Notes: generated by a model not told the origin, from the sequence alone. A stretch of 64,000 nt of DNA from a virus (IMGVR_UViG_3300037400_001134:1-64000), one strand, 5' to 3'. Positions 26,420 through 38,086 are shown, counted from the first letter of the stretch. Numbers and translations are program-made.

Positions 26420-26815
26420 ATGGCAGTTGAACTTAAAATACGTGTACATACAGAAACTCTCGAAGCTAACCTCAAAAAACGAATTGAAGGATTTAAAAAA
26501 GAATTACTGTCTGATGACATAAAACGTCAGGCTGCAGATATATATAAAGATTGTATTGAGCCACTTGTACCTAAAGATGTAGGAAATTTAAGAGATACCG
26601 CTGAAATTTTAAAGTATAAAGGCACATATGGAGTATATTATCCTGTTAAATATGCAAATGCACAATATAGAGGATATAACGGTAAAGGTGTTATACGAGA
26701 TTACACTACTCCAGGTACAATAGACCATTGGAACCATCATATGTCAACAGCAGATAGACAGGCATACTATGATTTAGTGAAAGAAATGATTTTAGAGAGG
26801 ATGAATAATGGATAA
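26420..26815 (+). CDS. Neck/tail completion protein
   Basis: VPKDVGNLRDTA, YANAQY, TPGTIDHW. Confidence 0.75.
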   Translation: MAVELKIRVHTETLEANLKKRIEGFKKELLSDDIKRQAADIYKDCIEPLVPKDVGNLRDTAEILKYKGTYGVYYPVKYANAQYRGYNGKGVIRDYTTPGTIDHWNHHMSTADRQAYYDLVKEMILERMNNG

Positions 26816-27287
26816 GAATGTAGCTATGATAAAATTTTTAATGCAATGTCCAACTATTCAAGAAAATCCTCTGTTTTTCAATTTTGCTGATGAAGAAGAT
26901 GGTAACAATCATCTTATCACTGGCAGAGATTCTATAAAGAAGTCATATATTGACGGAAGTGTACTAAAACAGTATACTTTTACTATAGCCAGTTATTATT
27001 CGGTTTCTCATAATGCGATAATAAATGATGAAGATTTACCATATATCACAGATGAAAACATTGAAAACATGGCTAAAATCCAAGAGATTTTAGATTGGAT
27101 AGATGAGCAAGCTGATAATTACAATTTTCCCGATTTTGGTACAGAGTGTGTTGTGGAAGAAATGAAAACACTCACTACTGACCCAGACATTGATGGAATA
27201 GATACTTCTGTAAATCCTCCCATAGCAAGGTACTCAATCGGTGTAAAAGTGAGTTACCAAGATAATTCAAGAGTGATTTGGAAATAA
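26808..27287 (+). CDS. Putative tail terminator
   Basis: Position before the major tail gene; YIDGSVLKQYTF. Confidence 0.65.
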   Translation: MDKNVAMIKFLMQCPTIQENPLFFNFADEEDGNNHLITGRDSIKKSYIDGSVLKQYTFTIASYYSVSHNAIINDEDLPYITDENIENMAKIQEILDWIDEQADNYNFPDFGTECVVEEMKTLTTDPDIDGIDTSVNPPIARYSIGVKVSYQDNSRVIWK

Positions 27288-27302
27288 TGAAAGGAGAAAA
27301 AT

Positions 27303-27821
27303 ATGGCAGACAATTTCAACCTTAAGCCCGGTCAGAGAGCAGAAAGAAAAATGCTCATCACTGTAGCCGAGTGGACAGAAGGAACCTCTACTGTAAGAGA
27401 GTTTCTTGGCACAAGAACAGAGGACTCATCTATTGAGTACAATTCAGAGGTAACAACAACCACTGATATTCTTGGTCATAACTATACAGACCTTGAAAGA
27501 ACTCAGCCTCAGCAGACATTTGATGAGTCACCTATCATTGGCGGAGATAAGCTCAAAGCTAAACTTAATGATATCAGAAGAAGAAATGCAATCTCTGAAT
27601 TGCAGGGCTTCACAATCTATATCATTACAGCTTTCGTTGGAGATTCTACAAACGGTTATGCCGCTGAAAAGCACGTTGATTGCTCAATCACATATGATTC
27701 AATCGGTGGTGATACAAAGGTTAACTTCCCTTATACCGTTCACTTCTCTAACAAGATTACTACTGGAACAGTTGATGTTCTTTCAGAGGACTTCAAGTTC
27801 ACAGCAGATGTAACTGTTTAA
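27303..27821 (+). CDS. Major tail (tube) protein
   Basis: Position; SIEYNSEVTTTTDILG, DSIGGD. Confidence 0.8.
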   Translation: MADNFNLKPGQRAERKMLITVAEWTEGTSTVREFLGTRTEDSSIEYNSEVTTTTDILGHNYTDLERTQPQQTFDESPIIGGDKLKAKLNDIRRRNAISELQGFTIYIITAFVGDSTNGYAAEKHVDCSITYDSIGGDTKVNFPYTVHFSNKITTGTVDVLSEDFKFTADVTV

Positions 27822-27840
27822 AAATTAGGAGGGTAATAAA

Positions 27841-28473
27841 ATGGCAAAATCAACATCAAAACTCTTTAAAGAGGAAGAACCAAAACCAATGCAGGAAGAC
27901 GCTATGAATCTTCCAGAAGAAGTAAATGAGATGTTACCACAGGAAACAATTCCTGCTGAACAGTCAGAAGTAGTTGATACTCCTGCACCATCAAATGATG
28001 ATATTCAGGATATCGACCTTTCTGCTATCAAGAAAAAGAGATTCAGAATCAATGGCGACCCTAATAAGATTCTTGAACTCAACACAAGTGATTTGAGCAT
28101 TACATCTCGTCTTTCAAAATCTTACGAAAAACTTAACAAGTACATGGATGAAGTTGGTAAAGAACTTCAGGCAGTACCTGATAGTGGAGAAGAGGAGCTT
28201 TCAGAAGACCAGGAAAGACTTGTTGAGGAAAATCTCGCAAAGATTGATGCAAAGATGAGAGAGGAAATAGACTACATCTTTGATGCTCCTGTTAGTGAAG
28301 TATGTGCAGATGAGGGTTCAATGTATGACCCATTCAATGGAATGTTTAGATTTGAACATATCATTGACGCCATCACAAAACTCTATGAGAACAACCTCAA
28401 TAGTGAGTTTAACAAGATGAAGCGTAGAGTGTCAGCAAAGACCTCAAAGTATACAAAGCACTATCACAACTAA
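27841..28473 (+). CDS. Tail assembly chaperone
   Basis: Position between tail tube and Gp15. Confidence 0.6.
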   Translation: MAKSTSKLFKEEEPKPMQEDAMNLPEEVNEMLPQETIPAEQSEVVDTPAPSNDDIQDIDLSAIKKKRFRINGDPNKILELNTSDLSITSRLSKSYEKLNKYMDEVGKELQAVPDSGEEELSEDQERLVEENLAKIDAKMREEIDYIFDAPVSEVCADEGSMYDPFNGMFRFEHIIDAITKLYENNLNSEFNKMKRRVSAKTSKYTKHYHN

Positions 28474-28494
28474 ACTGAATAAGGAGCTCCGTGT

Positions 28495-29082
28495 ATGTAT
28501 GAATTACCTACGGAGATAATTATTGAAGGCATTCCGTATCGTATACGAAATCAAGGAGATTTTCGCATGATATTGGATGCCTTTTCTGTTTTAGAGGATG
28601 AAGAACTTGACCAACAGGAAAGAATTATCTCTGCTTTAATGATATTTTATGATGACCTCAATGAGATTGAGGATGTATTTAATGATAAACACCTCGAAGA
28701 GAGAGTGAAACAGATGTACTGGTTCTTTAGAGGCGGTAAAGAAGAAGATTCTAGTAATACAAATGGGCAAAAACTTATAGATTGGGAGGGAGATAGTGCT
28801 ATAATAATATCAGCGATAAATAATGTTGCCGGGAGAGAAGTTAGAGCTCCAGAGTATACTCATTGGTGGACATTTCTAGCTTATTATATGGCAATAGGAG
28901 AAAGTACATTAGCTACAGTCGTTGGTATCAGAAATAAAATCGTTAAAGGTAAATCTCTTGAAAAGTGGGAGAAAGAATATAGACAGCACAATCCCCAATA
29001 TTTCCACTGGAATCATAAGTCAATAGATGAGATAGAAGCTGAACAATGGCTAGCAAGTGTATGGAATAAAAGTAAGGAGTAA
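28495..29082 (+). CDS. Bacteriophage Gp15-like tail chaperone
   Basis: LPTEI...DFRMIL...LIDWEGDSAII...HWWTFLAYY. Confidence 0.8.
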   Translation: MYELPTEIIIEGIPYRIRNQGDFRMILDAFSVLEDEELDQQERIISALMIFYDDLNEIEDVFNDKHLEERVKQMYWFFRGGKEEDSSNTNGQKLIDWEGDSAIIISAINNVAGREVRAPEYTHWWTFLAYYMAIGESTLATVVGIRNKIVKGKSLEKWEKEYRQHNPQYFHWNHKSIDEIEAEQWLASVWNKSKE

Positions 29083-29085
29083 ACT

Positions 29086-32000
29086 ATGGGCGAAGAAGAT
29101 GTAATCATCCCTATAAAAGTAGAGGTACAAGATTCAGATTCTACCACCTCATATTTAGCTAAACTAAAGTCACATCTCGACAGTATCCAAAAGTCTCTTT
29201 CCGCAGATTCTAAAGGAAATACTACTCTTGAAAATGTTAAAAATGCAGCCCAGCAGTCTATAGAACATATAGAGCAGTTGAAAGAGGAATTGGGCAGTAT
29301 TACACAAGAGTCCGCAGAGAATAATGAATTTGTCAAAGAGTTGTTTAATCTCTATATGCAGGTTAAAAGAGGTGTTGGCGAGTATGCGGGAGCTTCTGAT
29401 AACGTAATAGCAACACAAAAAGAAATGTGGCAAGAAGCTAAAGACTATAATGCGTCTTATCAAAAAGAGTCTCAGGAACGAGCTGATGCCGCAGTAGCTA
29501 GTATAGATGCGGAATTAAAAGAATTATATCAACTTATTAGAGCATATCAAGTTTTGGCACATAATATATCACAAACTGGAGATATACGCACGTTAGGTGC
29601 TAAAGCTACTGACCCTGATTATCAGAGCAATAAGGACAGACTTAATGACACAGGAACTCCATTTCAAGCTAGAGCTGTGATAGAAGCTAAGAGAATGGAA
29701 GAAGAATTAGCTAGAGCTGAAGAGGAACGAGCTAAGGCCGAAGAAGAGGCCGAAAGGGAAGCTCAAAGGGCCACACAAGCACAAATAGCATCACTTAACA
29801 AAGAAAGAGCGGCAGTACAACAGTCTACAGCTCAGTATTATTACAAACTACGTTCGGTTAAGATGTTACAACACACTGTTGGTGAAATATCTGGTGTGTT
29901 AAATAAGTTTGGAGCTACCTCTTTAAGAGTTGCTAGTAAATCATTAAGTGCATACTTAAAATTGATTCCTGGCGTATCCAGACTGCAAAAGGCTATGTCT
30001 AAAACACATAGAACACAAAAGAGCTTTAATAATGAGTTAAAGAATACAAATAAACATTCTGAAGGATTTAATTTCTCCCTCAAAGATTTAATAAAGAACC
30101 TGTTGAAATATACTCTAGGTATAAGGTCATTATTTGTACTATTTAACAAGTTAAGAACCGCTATGGTTAATGGCTTTAATGATATGGTTAAAGTCTATGA
30201 CCCTGTAAACCAGCAGTTATCTTCTATATCAACGTCCCTTTTACAGATGAGGAATGCTATAGCGGCTGCAGTTGAGCCAATGTTATCTGTTTTAGCACCA
30301 GCATTAGAGAGAATAGCTAATCTTGTAGCAGATGTGGCATATAAAGTAGCATCATTTATTGCCGCACTTACTGGAAGAAACATGGTAATAAAAGCTACAA
30401 GGGCACAAGTTAACTATGCTAAATCTCTTGATAAGACTGCTGGCTCTGCTAAAAAAGCAAAGAATGAATTAGCCGCTTTTGATGACCTTGATGTTTTACA
30501 GAAGCATGATAGCGGTGATGATGGAATGCCTGATGCAGGAGCTATGTTTGAAGAGGTTCCTATTGATGAGACAATGAAAGATTGGGCTGAAAAGTTTAAA
30601 GAGTTTTTGGATAAACTCATGGCACCAATTATGAAAGCATGGGATAGAGTCAAGGACTATGTAATAAATGGTTGGAAATATATGTGCCAACAGCTCAAAG
30701 CATTGTGGGCAGATGTTGCTAGAGATTTCTGGAGAGTATGGGGCGAGTTCAAAACAGAAGAGATGTTCAGATATATCTTCTTGTCAATAGGAGATATATT
30801 ACTCATTATTGGTGAACTTGCGGCTAAGATACGAGAAGCATGGAACTACGCTGAAAATGGATATAGGATACTTGCATCCATAAGAGATATTTGTTATGAA
30901 ATTGCTAAACATTTCCATGACATAACCAGTTATACAAGAGATTGGGTACAGGAACAGTTAAATCTTAAACCTCTATTTACTGCTATAGCTGATGTTATGC
31001 AGAATCAAGTTGTGCCCGCAGTAAGAAGAGTATTAGATTTAGTAGTTCTTATAGCTACTCAAGGTGTATTAGAGTTAGCAAGGGACTTCATCAACACCAA
31101 TCTGCCAGTACTTGTTAGGGCAGTAGGATATTTTATTGAAGGCTTCGGTCTTATAGCCAGAAGATTGCAGACTGCATTAGAAACTGGTACAAAAGCTGGT
31201 GACCATATTGAATATACAAGAAGTAGATTACAACAGTTACTTGACAAGGTAGAGCATTTCTCCCACCTAATCTCAGAAACATTTAAACAGATGGGAGAAG
31301 ATTTCAAAGACTGGGCAGATAAACTTAATTTTAGACCACTTATAGACTCTTGTATCGAATTACTGAATAATCTTACACCTTTGTTTGAGTTCTTGTTTGG
31401 CAAGTTTGAGTGGTTAGATGGTCAGTTTGTACATACAGAAGGCGCTGTAGGAAAACTTTGGAATGAAACTATATTACCATTTTGGGAGTATCTCATAGAA
31501 GATGGTGGTCCAAGACTTTTAGATATACTTGGTCAAATATTCGGGGAGTATGATGAAGAGACAGGATTAGGTATAGATTGGGAACACTTCACAGAAACAT
31601 TCAATACATTTGTAGATGCACTTGAGCCATTTTTTGAACTAGCTTGGGAAGTATTGCTACAGATAATTGAAGATTTAGGTAAAGCATTTGATGATTTTGT
31701 AAACTCAGGCTCACTTGATTGGATTGTTAAGCATTTCAAAGATTGGGTAGATAATGCAGACCCTGAGGAAATAGCCCATAAACTTGAAAAATTTGTAGAG
31801 ATATTTATTGGTGCTGTGGCCGCATTCAATCTTGCTAATACAGTGATATTACCATTTGTTGAAAACTGGATGACATTCCATAACTTTGCCAACAACATAG
31901 CGATGAATAAGAAGATAGACGAGATTACAAAGTCTATAAAACTATTAAGTGGAGAGATGGTAGTATCAACCACAACTACCGATCCTCTAATTACAGCATT

Positions 32001-34230
32001 AGATGGACTAGCTGGAGCATTTAATACTACAGGCTCACCATTATATATACTCACTACTAAAGTAGAAGATTTTATAACAAAACTTTCACCGCTTGCTAAA
32101 CCTGCAGGAATAATTACTGTAATCATTGGCTTATTTGAGGCATTCAGTAGCGCCGCTGAGATGATGGAGAATGGATTTAGTTTAGCTGGAGAAGCTGGTG
32201 TAATATTCGGTGGAGCACTTACTACAGTAGGGTTAATTATAGCAGGAGTCACAGCATGGCCAGCAGTCATAGTTGGAGCATTAGTTGCAATTATAGCTAA
32301 TCTCGGAGCATTTGGAGATGACATACTCAGATGGGTATGGGAAACAGGTAATTCAATACGAGAGAAAATTGGAGAATTTTTCCATAATATAGGATTTTAT
32401 CTTGGTGCTGCCATTCACACTGTCATAGCATTAGTGATAGAGAAGTTAGGCGCTTTACCTGGAGAAATATCTAATTTTATCACTAATACAGATTGGAAAC
32501 AATTTGGTATAAATATACTTAAAGGTATATTTGCTATATTCTTAGCTGTAGGTGAACTGATTTCTTGGTTAGGTACTGCAATTGCTAATCTTGTATCTGG
32601 ATTTATTGAAGGGTTATGTACTGGGTTTGATATGCACTCACCTTCAAAACTCATGGAGCCATATGGTCAGAATATTCTAAAGGGCATACTTGAAGGTATA
32701 ATAAGCGCAGTTACAGGTATAGGTGATTGGATAAAAGAACATATCTTTGAGCCTATGATTGAGGGTGTAAGGGCTGCATTTGGTATAGTTGGTGGCGTAG
32801 CTAACACATTTAAAGAAATTGGTGGTAATATAATCGAAGGTTTAAAGACTGGTATATCTGATGCTTGGGAAAAAGGTAAAGATTTTGTTGGTGGAATATT
32901 CCAGAAAGTAACTGACAAAGCACATGATACTTATGATGAACATTCTCCATCAAGAGTATTCCAGACAATCGGTGGATTCTTGATTGAAGGCATGAAGATT
33001 GGTATAGATAATGCTATGAATCTTGTAAGTGAATCTCTTAACACAGTATTTGAAAGCATCATTAAACCATTCTTCGCACCAGAAGCTTGGTCTGAATTAG
33101 GTACAGGTATAACAGAAGGATTGCAGTTATCATTTGATAATATGTTCATCATGTTTGAAGAGACATTGAATACATTATGGGAAACATATATTGTTCCGTT
33201 CTTTTCAGCAGATAAGTGGATGGGAGAATTACTTACACCATTTATTGAGATGTTACACACCGTCTGGCAAGAATTTTTAGCTATGTTCAATACTGCCACA
33301 GCTAATTTATTCAATAGCATTAAAACAAAGTGGACAACTTTAAGTACATGGTTTACAAATACGTGGAATAAGTTTACTGCCAACTGGTTCGCTCAGTTCA
33401 AAGTAAAGTGGACAACACTCAGTACATGGTTCACAAATACGTGGAATAAATACACATCAGATTGGTTTACAGAGTTTAAGCGTAAGTGGACAACGGCAAG
33501 CACATGGTTCACAACTACATGGAACAAATATACATCAGATTGGTTCACTGAGTTGAAAAATAAGTGGAATAAATTAGATACTTGGTTCAATACCACTTGG
33601 GATAAAGCAATAACTACATGGTTCGCCAATACACAGAAACATTGGCAAAATCTTCTTGATTGGTGGGATAAGTCAATGAATATATGGTGGATAAATCATG
33701 TAGAGCCGTGGTTCAAGGAAGATAAATGGCTACCTCAGTTTGAGAACATATATAAAGTTGCAGTAAAAGTATTTACTGCAATCAAGGAGTTCATATCTCA
33801 AAAGATGCAGGAAGCCAGAGATTTCTGTGTTGAAATGTGTGAGGATATGTCAGAGTCTTTAAGAAGTACAATATCACTTGTTGAGGAACTCATTGAAAAA
33901 CTGGAACAGCTTGCATCTATGGGTGGCGCAGATATAGACGTAAGTTTTGCAGGTAATGCCCCTCACCTTGCGCAAGGCGCAGTAATTCCTCCAAACAGAG
34001 AGTTTATGGCAGTTCTTGGTGACCAGACAAGTGGCACTAACATTGAGACTCCACTTAATACTATGCTTGAAGCATTTAGAACGGTTATGGACGAGTATAG
34101 TTCGCCAAGAGGTGCACAAAATGCTACAATGGAAGTAGATGGAGAAACATTTGCTAGACTTATGTTACCATATGTAATGAACGAAATGCATAGGCAAGGT
34201 TATAATACAGAAATTATAGAGGGTACATGA
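29086..34230 (+). CDS. Tape measure protein
   Basis: 1714 aa, helical, LAAFDDLDVL, MHSPSK/EHSPSR, Trp-periodic repeats, HLAQGAVIPPN. Confidence 0.95.
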   Translation: MGEEDVIIPIKVEVQDSDSTTSYLAKLKSHLDSIQKSLSADSKGNTTLENVKNAAQQSIEHIEQLKEELGSITQESAENNEFVKELFNLYMQVKRGVGEYAGASDNVIATQKEMWQEAKDYNASYQKESQERADAAVASIDAELKELYQLIRAYQVLAHNISQTGDIRTLGAKATDPDYQSNKDRLNDTGTPFQARAVIEAKRMEEELARAEEERAKAEEEAEREAQRATQAQIASLNKERAAVQQSTAQYYYKLRSVKMLQHTVGEISGVLNKFGATSLRVASKSLSAYLKLIPGVSRLQKAMSKTHRTQKSFNNELKNTNKHSEGFNFSLKDLIKNLLKYTLGIRSLFVLFNKLRTAMVNGFNDMVKVYDPVNQQLSSISTSLLQMRNAIAAAVEPMLSVLAPALERIANLVADVAYKVASFIAALTGRNMVIKATRAQVNYAKSLDKTAGSAKKAKNELAAFDDLDVLQKHDSGDDGMPDAGAMFEEVPIDETMKDWAEKFKEFLDKLMAPIMKAWDRVKDYVINGWKYMCQQLKALWADVARDFWRVWGEFKTEEMFRYIFLSIGDILLIIGELAAKIREAWNYAENGYRILASIRDICYEIAKHFHDITSYTRDWVQEQLNLKPLFTAIADVMQNQVVPAVRRVLDLVVLIATQGVLELARDFINTNLPVLVRAVGYFIEGFGLIARRLQTALETGTKAGDHIEYTRSRLQQLLDKVEHFSHLISETFKQMGEDFKDWADKLNFRPLIDSCIELLNNLTPLFEFLFGKFEWLDGQFVHTEGAVGKLWNETILPFWEYLIEDGGPRLLDILGQIFGEYDEETGLGIDWEHFTETFNTFVDALEPFFELAWEVLLQIIEDLGKAFDDFVNSGSLDWIVKHFKDWVDNADPEEIAHKLEKFVEIFIGAVAAFNLANTVILPFVENWMTFHNFANNIAMNKKIDEITKSIKLLSGEMVVSTTTTDPLITALDGLAGAFNTTGSPLYILTTKVEDFITKLSPLAKPAGIITVIIGLFEAFSSAAEMMENGFSLAGEAGVIFGGALTTVGLIIAGVTAWPAVIVGALVAIIANLGAFGDDILRWVWETGNSIREKIGEFFHNIGFYLGAAIHTVIALVIEKLGALPGEISNFITNTDWKQFGINILKGIFAIFLAVGELISWLGTAIANLVSGFIEGLCTGFDMHSPSKLMEPYGQNILKGILEGIISAVTGIGDWIKEHIFEPMIEGVRAAFGIVGGVANTFKEIGGNIIEGLKTGISDAWEKGKDFVGGIFQKVTDKAHDTYDEHSPSRVFQTIGGFLIEGMKIGIDNAMNLVSESLNTVFESIIKPFFAPEAWSELGTGITEGLQLSFDNMFIMFEETLNTLWETYIVPFFSADKWMGELLTPFIEMLHTVWQEFLAMFNTATANLFNSIKTKWTTLSTWFTNTWNKFTANWFAQFKVKWTTLSTWFTNTWNKYTSDWFTEFKRKWTTASTWFTTTWNKYTSDWFTELKNKWNKLDTWFNTTWDKAITTWFANTQKHWQNLLDWWDKSMNIWWINHVEPWFKEDKWLPQFENIYKVAVKVFTAIKEFISQKMQEARDFCVEMCEDMSESLRSTISLVEELIEKLEQLASMGGADIDVSFAGNAPHLAQGAVIPPNREFMAVLGDQTSGTNIETPLNTMLEAFRTVMDEYSSPRGAQNATMEVDGETFARLMLPYVMNEMHRQGYNTEIIEGT
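33325..33640 (+). repeat. Trp-periodic 11/22-aa repeats within the tape measure protein
   Basis: KWTTLSTWFTNTWNKxTxxWF repeated. Confidence 0.8.
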
Positions 34231-34231
34231 T

Positions 34232-34624
34232 ATGGGTAAATACTTAATCATTGATGGAAAAGAATATCCTGTAGCATTGGCAGAAGTAAAAAGGCGTGCT
34301 GATATATTAGATAAGTACGCCTACAGGTCAGAAGATGGAAACTTACACAGAGAAGTAATAGGTACATATCACAATTATGACCTACAAATTGGAATTACAC
34401 ATAATAAAGCATTATATAACGAGTTGTTTGATGTCCTTTCTGAGCCTACTGCTTATCACGAAATATGCTTACCACATGATGGAATCACTTATAAGGCATA
34501 TTGTTCTAGTGTAAATGATACTATTCTTAGAATAGAGAATGATGGTACACTCTATAAGGGACTGTCATGTAAGTTCACTGCCATTGAGCCTAGACGTAGA
34601 CCATCAAGACGAGCATCTATTTAA
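34232..34624 (+). CDS. Distal tail (Dit)-like protein
   Basis: Directly after TMP; RSEDGNLHREVIG. Confidence 0.7.
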   Translation: MGKYLIIDGKEYPVALAEVKRRADILDKYAYRSEDGNLHREVIGTYHNYDLQIGITHNKALYNELFDVLSEPTAYHEICLPHDGITYKAYCSSVNDTILRIENDGTLYKGLSCKFTAIEPRRRPSRRASI

Positions 34625-34634
34625 GGAGTTATAT

Positions 34635-36422
34635 ATGGACGAAAGATTCACCAACTTTTATTTAGATTATGATTTACAGGACGTAACTGCTTCTAGGGAT
34701 GCATCATTTCCTACTCCAGCAAATCAGCAATCATTTACACATATTCAAGATGTAGTGGATAAGGACAGTATTGAGCTGTCCTTTCCACGATTTACATTTG
34801 AACATAACTTTAATGTATTAGATGGCTCATTAAGACCTTTGGAAGTTGAAGGAAGTGTACCTATAACAGTTCCTTATTTTAACAAGACATTATCAGATGC
34901 TAATGGAGATTATGACTCTGTACCTACACTTACCTTAACATTCAGTCGCACTCATTCATCATTCGGCTTTATGTTCTACTTCATAGAGGATTATCCTCTT
35001 GAAATGGAACTTATGTTTTGGGATAAGTTTGGTGAGCCTATTACTAGATTCACTTGTAAAGTAGATAAACTAGCATATACAACATTCCATGATGTTTATG
35101 GCTATGCTAGGATGCAAGTAAGATTCACCAAAACACTTCCTAAACGATATGTTAAACTAAAATACATTAAGTTTGGAGTGGTGCTTACATGGGACGAAAC
35201 TAATGTACAGAATGGTACAATAGTTCAACAGTCTGATAGAATGTCAAAACAGTTGGCAATCGATACTCTTTCATTCACGGTTGTTGATGTTGCTGGCAAA
35301 TTAAATCTTGGCAATACTGCTGGTATGCACAGATATTTTCAGCGTGACCAGATTATGTATCCATATGAAACAATCCAGATATTACAGAATGATGGCACAT
35401 ATACTGAGCAAAGAATAAACTTGGGTAAGTATTATCTCAATACATTCTCAGAACAAACTAATCTTGGCAAAATGACTTGTCAAAGTTATTTAGGACTTAT
35501 GGACTCTATCATGTTTTATGGTGGTGAGATATACAATGGTAAGAAAGCAGGACTTATTATTGAGGCTATATTCACTACAATGGGATTAGAGCCTGAGGAG
35601 TATTCTATTGATAGTGAAACATATAATCATCCATTGTATGGAACCATTACTCCAAAGAAATGTAGAGAAGCATTAAAGGAAGTTCTGTTTGCTACACATT
35701 CTGTTATTAACAGCCATAATCTTGAAAGAATTGAAATTAAGAAGTCTACTGCAATACAGAAACCGGATATTTATAAAGGTCGTAAATTTAGCACCAAGAC
35801 AAAGAAAAATGATTACTGTTATCAAGTAGATGTTAAATATACAACCTACACCAAAGAGAGTGCTACTAAAGAAATATCAAAAGGTGTATATGATGCTGGT
35901 ACTCATACAGTCTACTTTACTGCTCCATGTACAGAACTTACAATTAACAGAGGCACTATAAATAGCCAGTCAACATACTCATGTACATTTACAGTTCCTA
36001 GTGCAGGAGAAGTAATATTAACTGGCTATGCATATTCAACAGCCACAAGTATTGCATCCAATATGCAGGAGAATCTTGAAGCTGGTCAGGTTGCATCTGT
36101 ACAGACATTCACTACCAACTTACTTAATGCTAAACAGGCATTAGAACTTGCCCAGAAATTATTAAAATATCTCAATTATGACCTCACTATTACAGTCAAG
36201 GCATTAGCAGATGATAACGATATGGAAGATTTCCACATAGTTGAAAATCCTGTTGATAGATTCAGCAATTACTATGGAATGTACACTAAGCGAAGTATAG
36301 ATTTAACTGGCGGATTTATAAGTACAGACACATTGATAGGAACAACTATTGAAGAACCTATAACACCATTTGCTAGAGAAGATAGGTTTGAGCTTTATGC
36401 CGGTGGGGAGACAATTATATGA
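34635..36422 (+). CDS. Baseplate/tail hub protein
   Basis: Position after Dit; NLGKYYL; CREALKEVLFA. Confidence 0.7.
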   Translation: MDERFTNFYLDYDLQDVTASRDASFPTPANQQSFTHIQDVVDKDSIELSFPRFTFEHNFNVLDGSLRPLEVEGSVPITVPYFNKTLSDANGDYDSVPTLTLTFSRTHSSFGFMFYFIEDYPLEMELMFWDKFGEPITRFTCKVDKLAYTTFHDVYGYARMQVRFTKTLPKRYVKLKYIKFGVVLTWDETNVQNGTIVQQSDRMSKQLAIDTLSFTVVDVAGKLNLGNTAGMHRYFQRDQIMYPYETIQILQNDGTYTEQRINLGKYYLNTFSEQTNLGKMTCQSYLGLMDSIMFYGGEIYNGKKAGLIIEAIFTTMGLEPEEYSIDSETYNHPLYGTITPKKCREALKEVLFATHSVINSHNLERIEIKKSTAIQKPDIYKGRKFSTKTKKNDYCYQVDVKYTTYTKESATKEISKGVYDAGTHTVYFTAPCTELTINRGTINSQSTYSCTFTVPSAGEVILTGYAYSTATSIASNMQENLEAGQVASVQTFTTNLLNAKQALELAQKLLKYLNYDLTITVKALADDNDMEDFHIVENPVDRFSNYYGMYTKRSIDLTGGFISTDTLIGTTIEEPITPFAREDRFELYAGGETII

Positions 36423-36988
36423 GATTTAAGCCAAATTATACAACAGAACAAGAGCCTAATATACTACGTAATACCGAAGGCGCCATGCGCATGGAAATTA
36501 AGTCGAATGACCCTGATGTTGGCGGCATAGACTGTATATTAGACAGGACGCAGGAAGATGTTGACAGAGTAAAAGAGCTGACAAAGAAAATAGGTGATAG
36601 AACTATTACAGAGAAAGAGTGGGCAGAGTATGCTAAAAGCATGAAAGGAGCATTAAACTATGCTGATTTAGATAGAATAGAATTTAATTTGATTACTCTT
36701 CAGGAATTATTTGCTCCATATATTACAATCAATTATTATAGTATGGCTAGAGATTATATACCTCGTATACCTTACTTCGTGAATCTCTTGAAAAATGTAC
36801 AGATGTTAAGAGATACAATGTATATACTGAGTACAACTCCAAGAGTTCCAGCACTTCCGTTATCTCACTATAAGAATTGGAATGATATAGAGCAGATAAT
36901 CTATGATGTATATTGGATGTTTAGAAGATTTGAGCGAAGTTTCTACTATTGCGGTGAAATTTATGCTAGTGGAAATGCCTTAATATAG
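36419..36988 (+). CDS. Tail-associated protein
   Basis: DRTQEDV, KGALNYADLDRIE, NDIEQII. Confidence 0.6.
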   Translation: MRFKPNYTTEQEPNILRNTEGAMRMEIKSNDPDVGGIDCILDRTQEDVDRVKELTKKIGDRTITEKEWAEYAKSMKGALNYADLDRIEFNLITLQELFAPYITINYYSMARDYIPRIPYFVNLLKNVQMLRDTMYILSTTPRVPALPLSHYKNWNDIEQIIYDVYWMFRRFERSFYYCGEIYASGNALI

Positions 36989-37021
36989 TATAATTAAAAC
37001 ATAAGAGAAAGGAGTTAAAAC

Positions 37022-38086
37022 ATGGCTTTTAACAAGAAAATCTGGAAAGACCGAGTAAGTGAGCAACCACAAAGACGAATACTTACCAATGTTGACAGCA
37101 ACGAGGAAATGACCGTTGATGTTACTCGATTTGAGGGAATAGTAGTACAAGAAGGTGATGCTTTCTCTGCTCAGAATATGAATGACCTTGAAACTAGAAT
37201 AAAAAATTCTTTTGATAGTAATGAGGCAACGATAAATACTGTAAATACTAAAGCAAATACAAATGCCGCTAATATTACATCTTTACAGTCAAGTGTAACA
37301 TCTGTTTCCAATCGAGTTACTACTAATACCAATAATATATCTTCATTGAGCAGTAGAATGACTACTGTTGAAGGTAAAGCTAATACCAATGCCAATAATA
37401 TTTCTAACCTTACAACTAGAATGGGTAATGTAGAAACTAAAGCTACCACTAATGCCAACAATATTGCATCACTTGGTAATTCTATGACGGGTAAAGCTCC
37501 TACTAACCACGCATCTACTACAGCAGAATATGGTAAAGGCAGTACCTCACATTTTGGGCATTTAAAAATTAGTGATAATTATACTTCTAGTGCAGGTAAT
37601 GCAAACGATGGTGTGGCAGCATCCAGTAAAGCAGTTTTTAGCTTAAAGCAGCGGATAGAATCGTCTTTACAAGCTATAAATGATGGAGTAATTGGTATTC
37701 GTAATCAATTAAAAGCAAATAACAACAGTTTCTATTTTGACTATAGAGATGGAAAATATGGCTATAATACAGCAGCCAATCGAGGTGCTGATACATTCCA
37801 CCCTTTTAAGCAAGCATATGAATTATTAGGGTCAGCAGATTTTAATATTTCAATTGGTGCGACAACTCAAGTAAGTATAAACCTTTCAAAAGTGCCTGAT
37901 TATTACTATGCAAGTTTTTCAAGAATACAAGCTACTGCAGGTCATCATAGTGAAGACACCAGAGGGGTTTCAATAATGAACTATAGCATTTCTGGGAATA
38001 CTTGTACTGTAACACTTGCGCATGATTCCAAAACTGATGGATATGACCTAAACATATCTGGCACAGTTGTGGTATATGGATGCTAA
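37022..38086 (+). CDS. Tail fibre protein 1
   Basis: N/T-rich coiled-coil repeats; HAST..YG.G....GHLKISD fibre repeat. Confidence 0.75.
   Translation: MAFNKKIWKDRVSEQPQRRILTNVDSNEEMTVDVTRFEGIVVQEGDAFSAQNMNDLETRIKNSFDSNEATINTVNTKANTNAANITSLQSSVTSVSNRVTTNTNNISSLSSRMTTVEGKANTNANNISNLTTRMGNVETKATTNANNIASLGNSMTGKAPTNHASTTAEYGKGSTSHFGHLKISDNYTSSAGNANDGVAASSKAVFSLKQRIESSLQAINDGVIGIRNQLKANNNSFYFDYRDGKYGYNTAANRGADTFHPFKQAYELLGSADFNISIGATTQVSINLSKVPDYYYASFSRIQATAGHHSEDTRGVSIMNYSISGNTCTVTLAHDSKTDGYDLNISGTVVVYGC

Noticed and set aside
33325-33640. Trp-rich tandem repeats as a novel element
   Set aside because: Ordinary tape-measure periodicity
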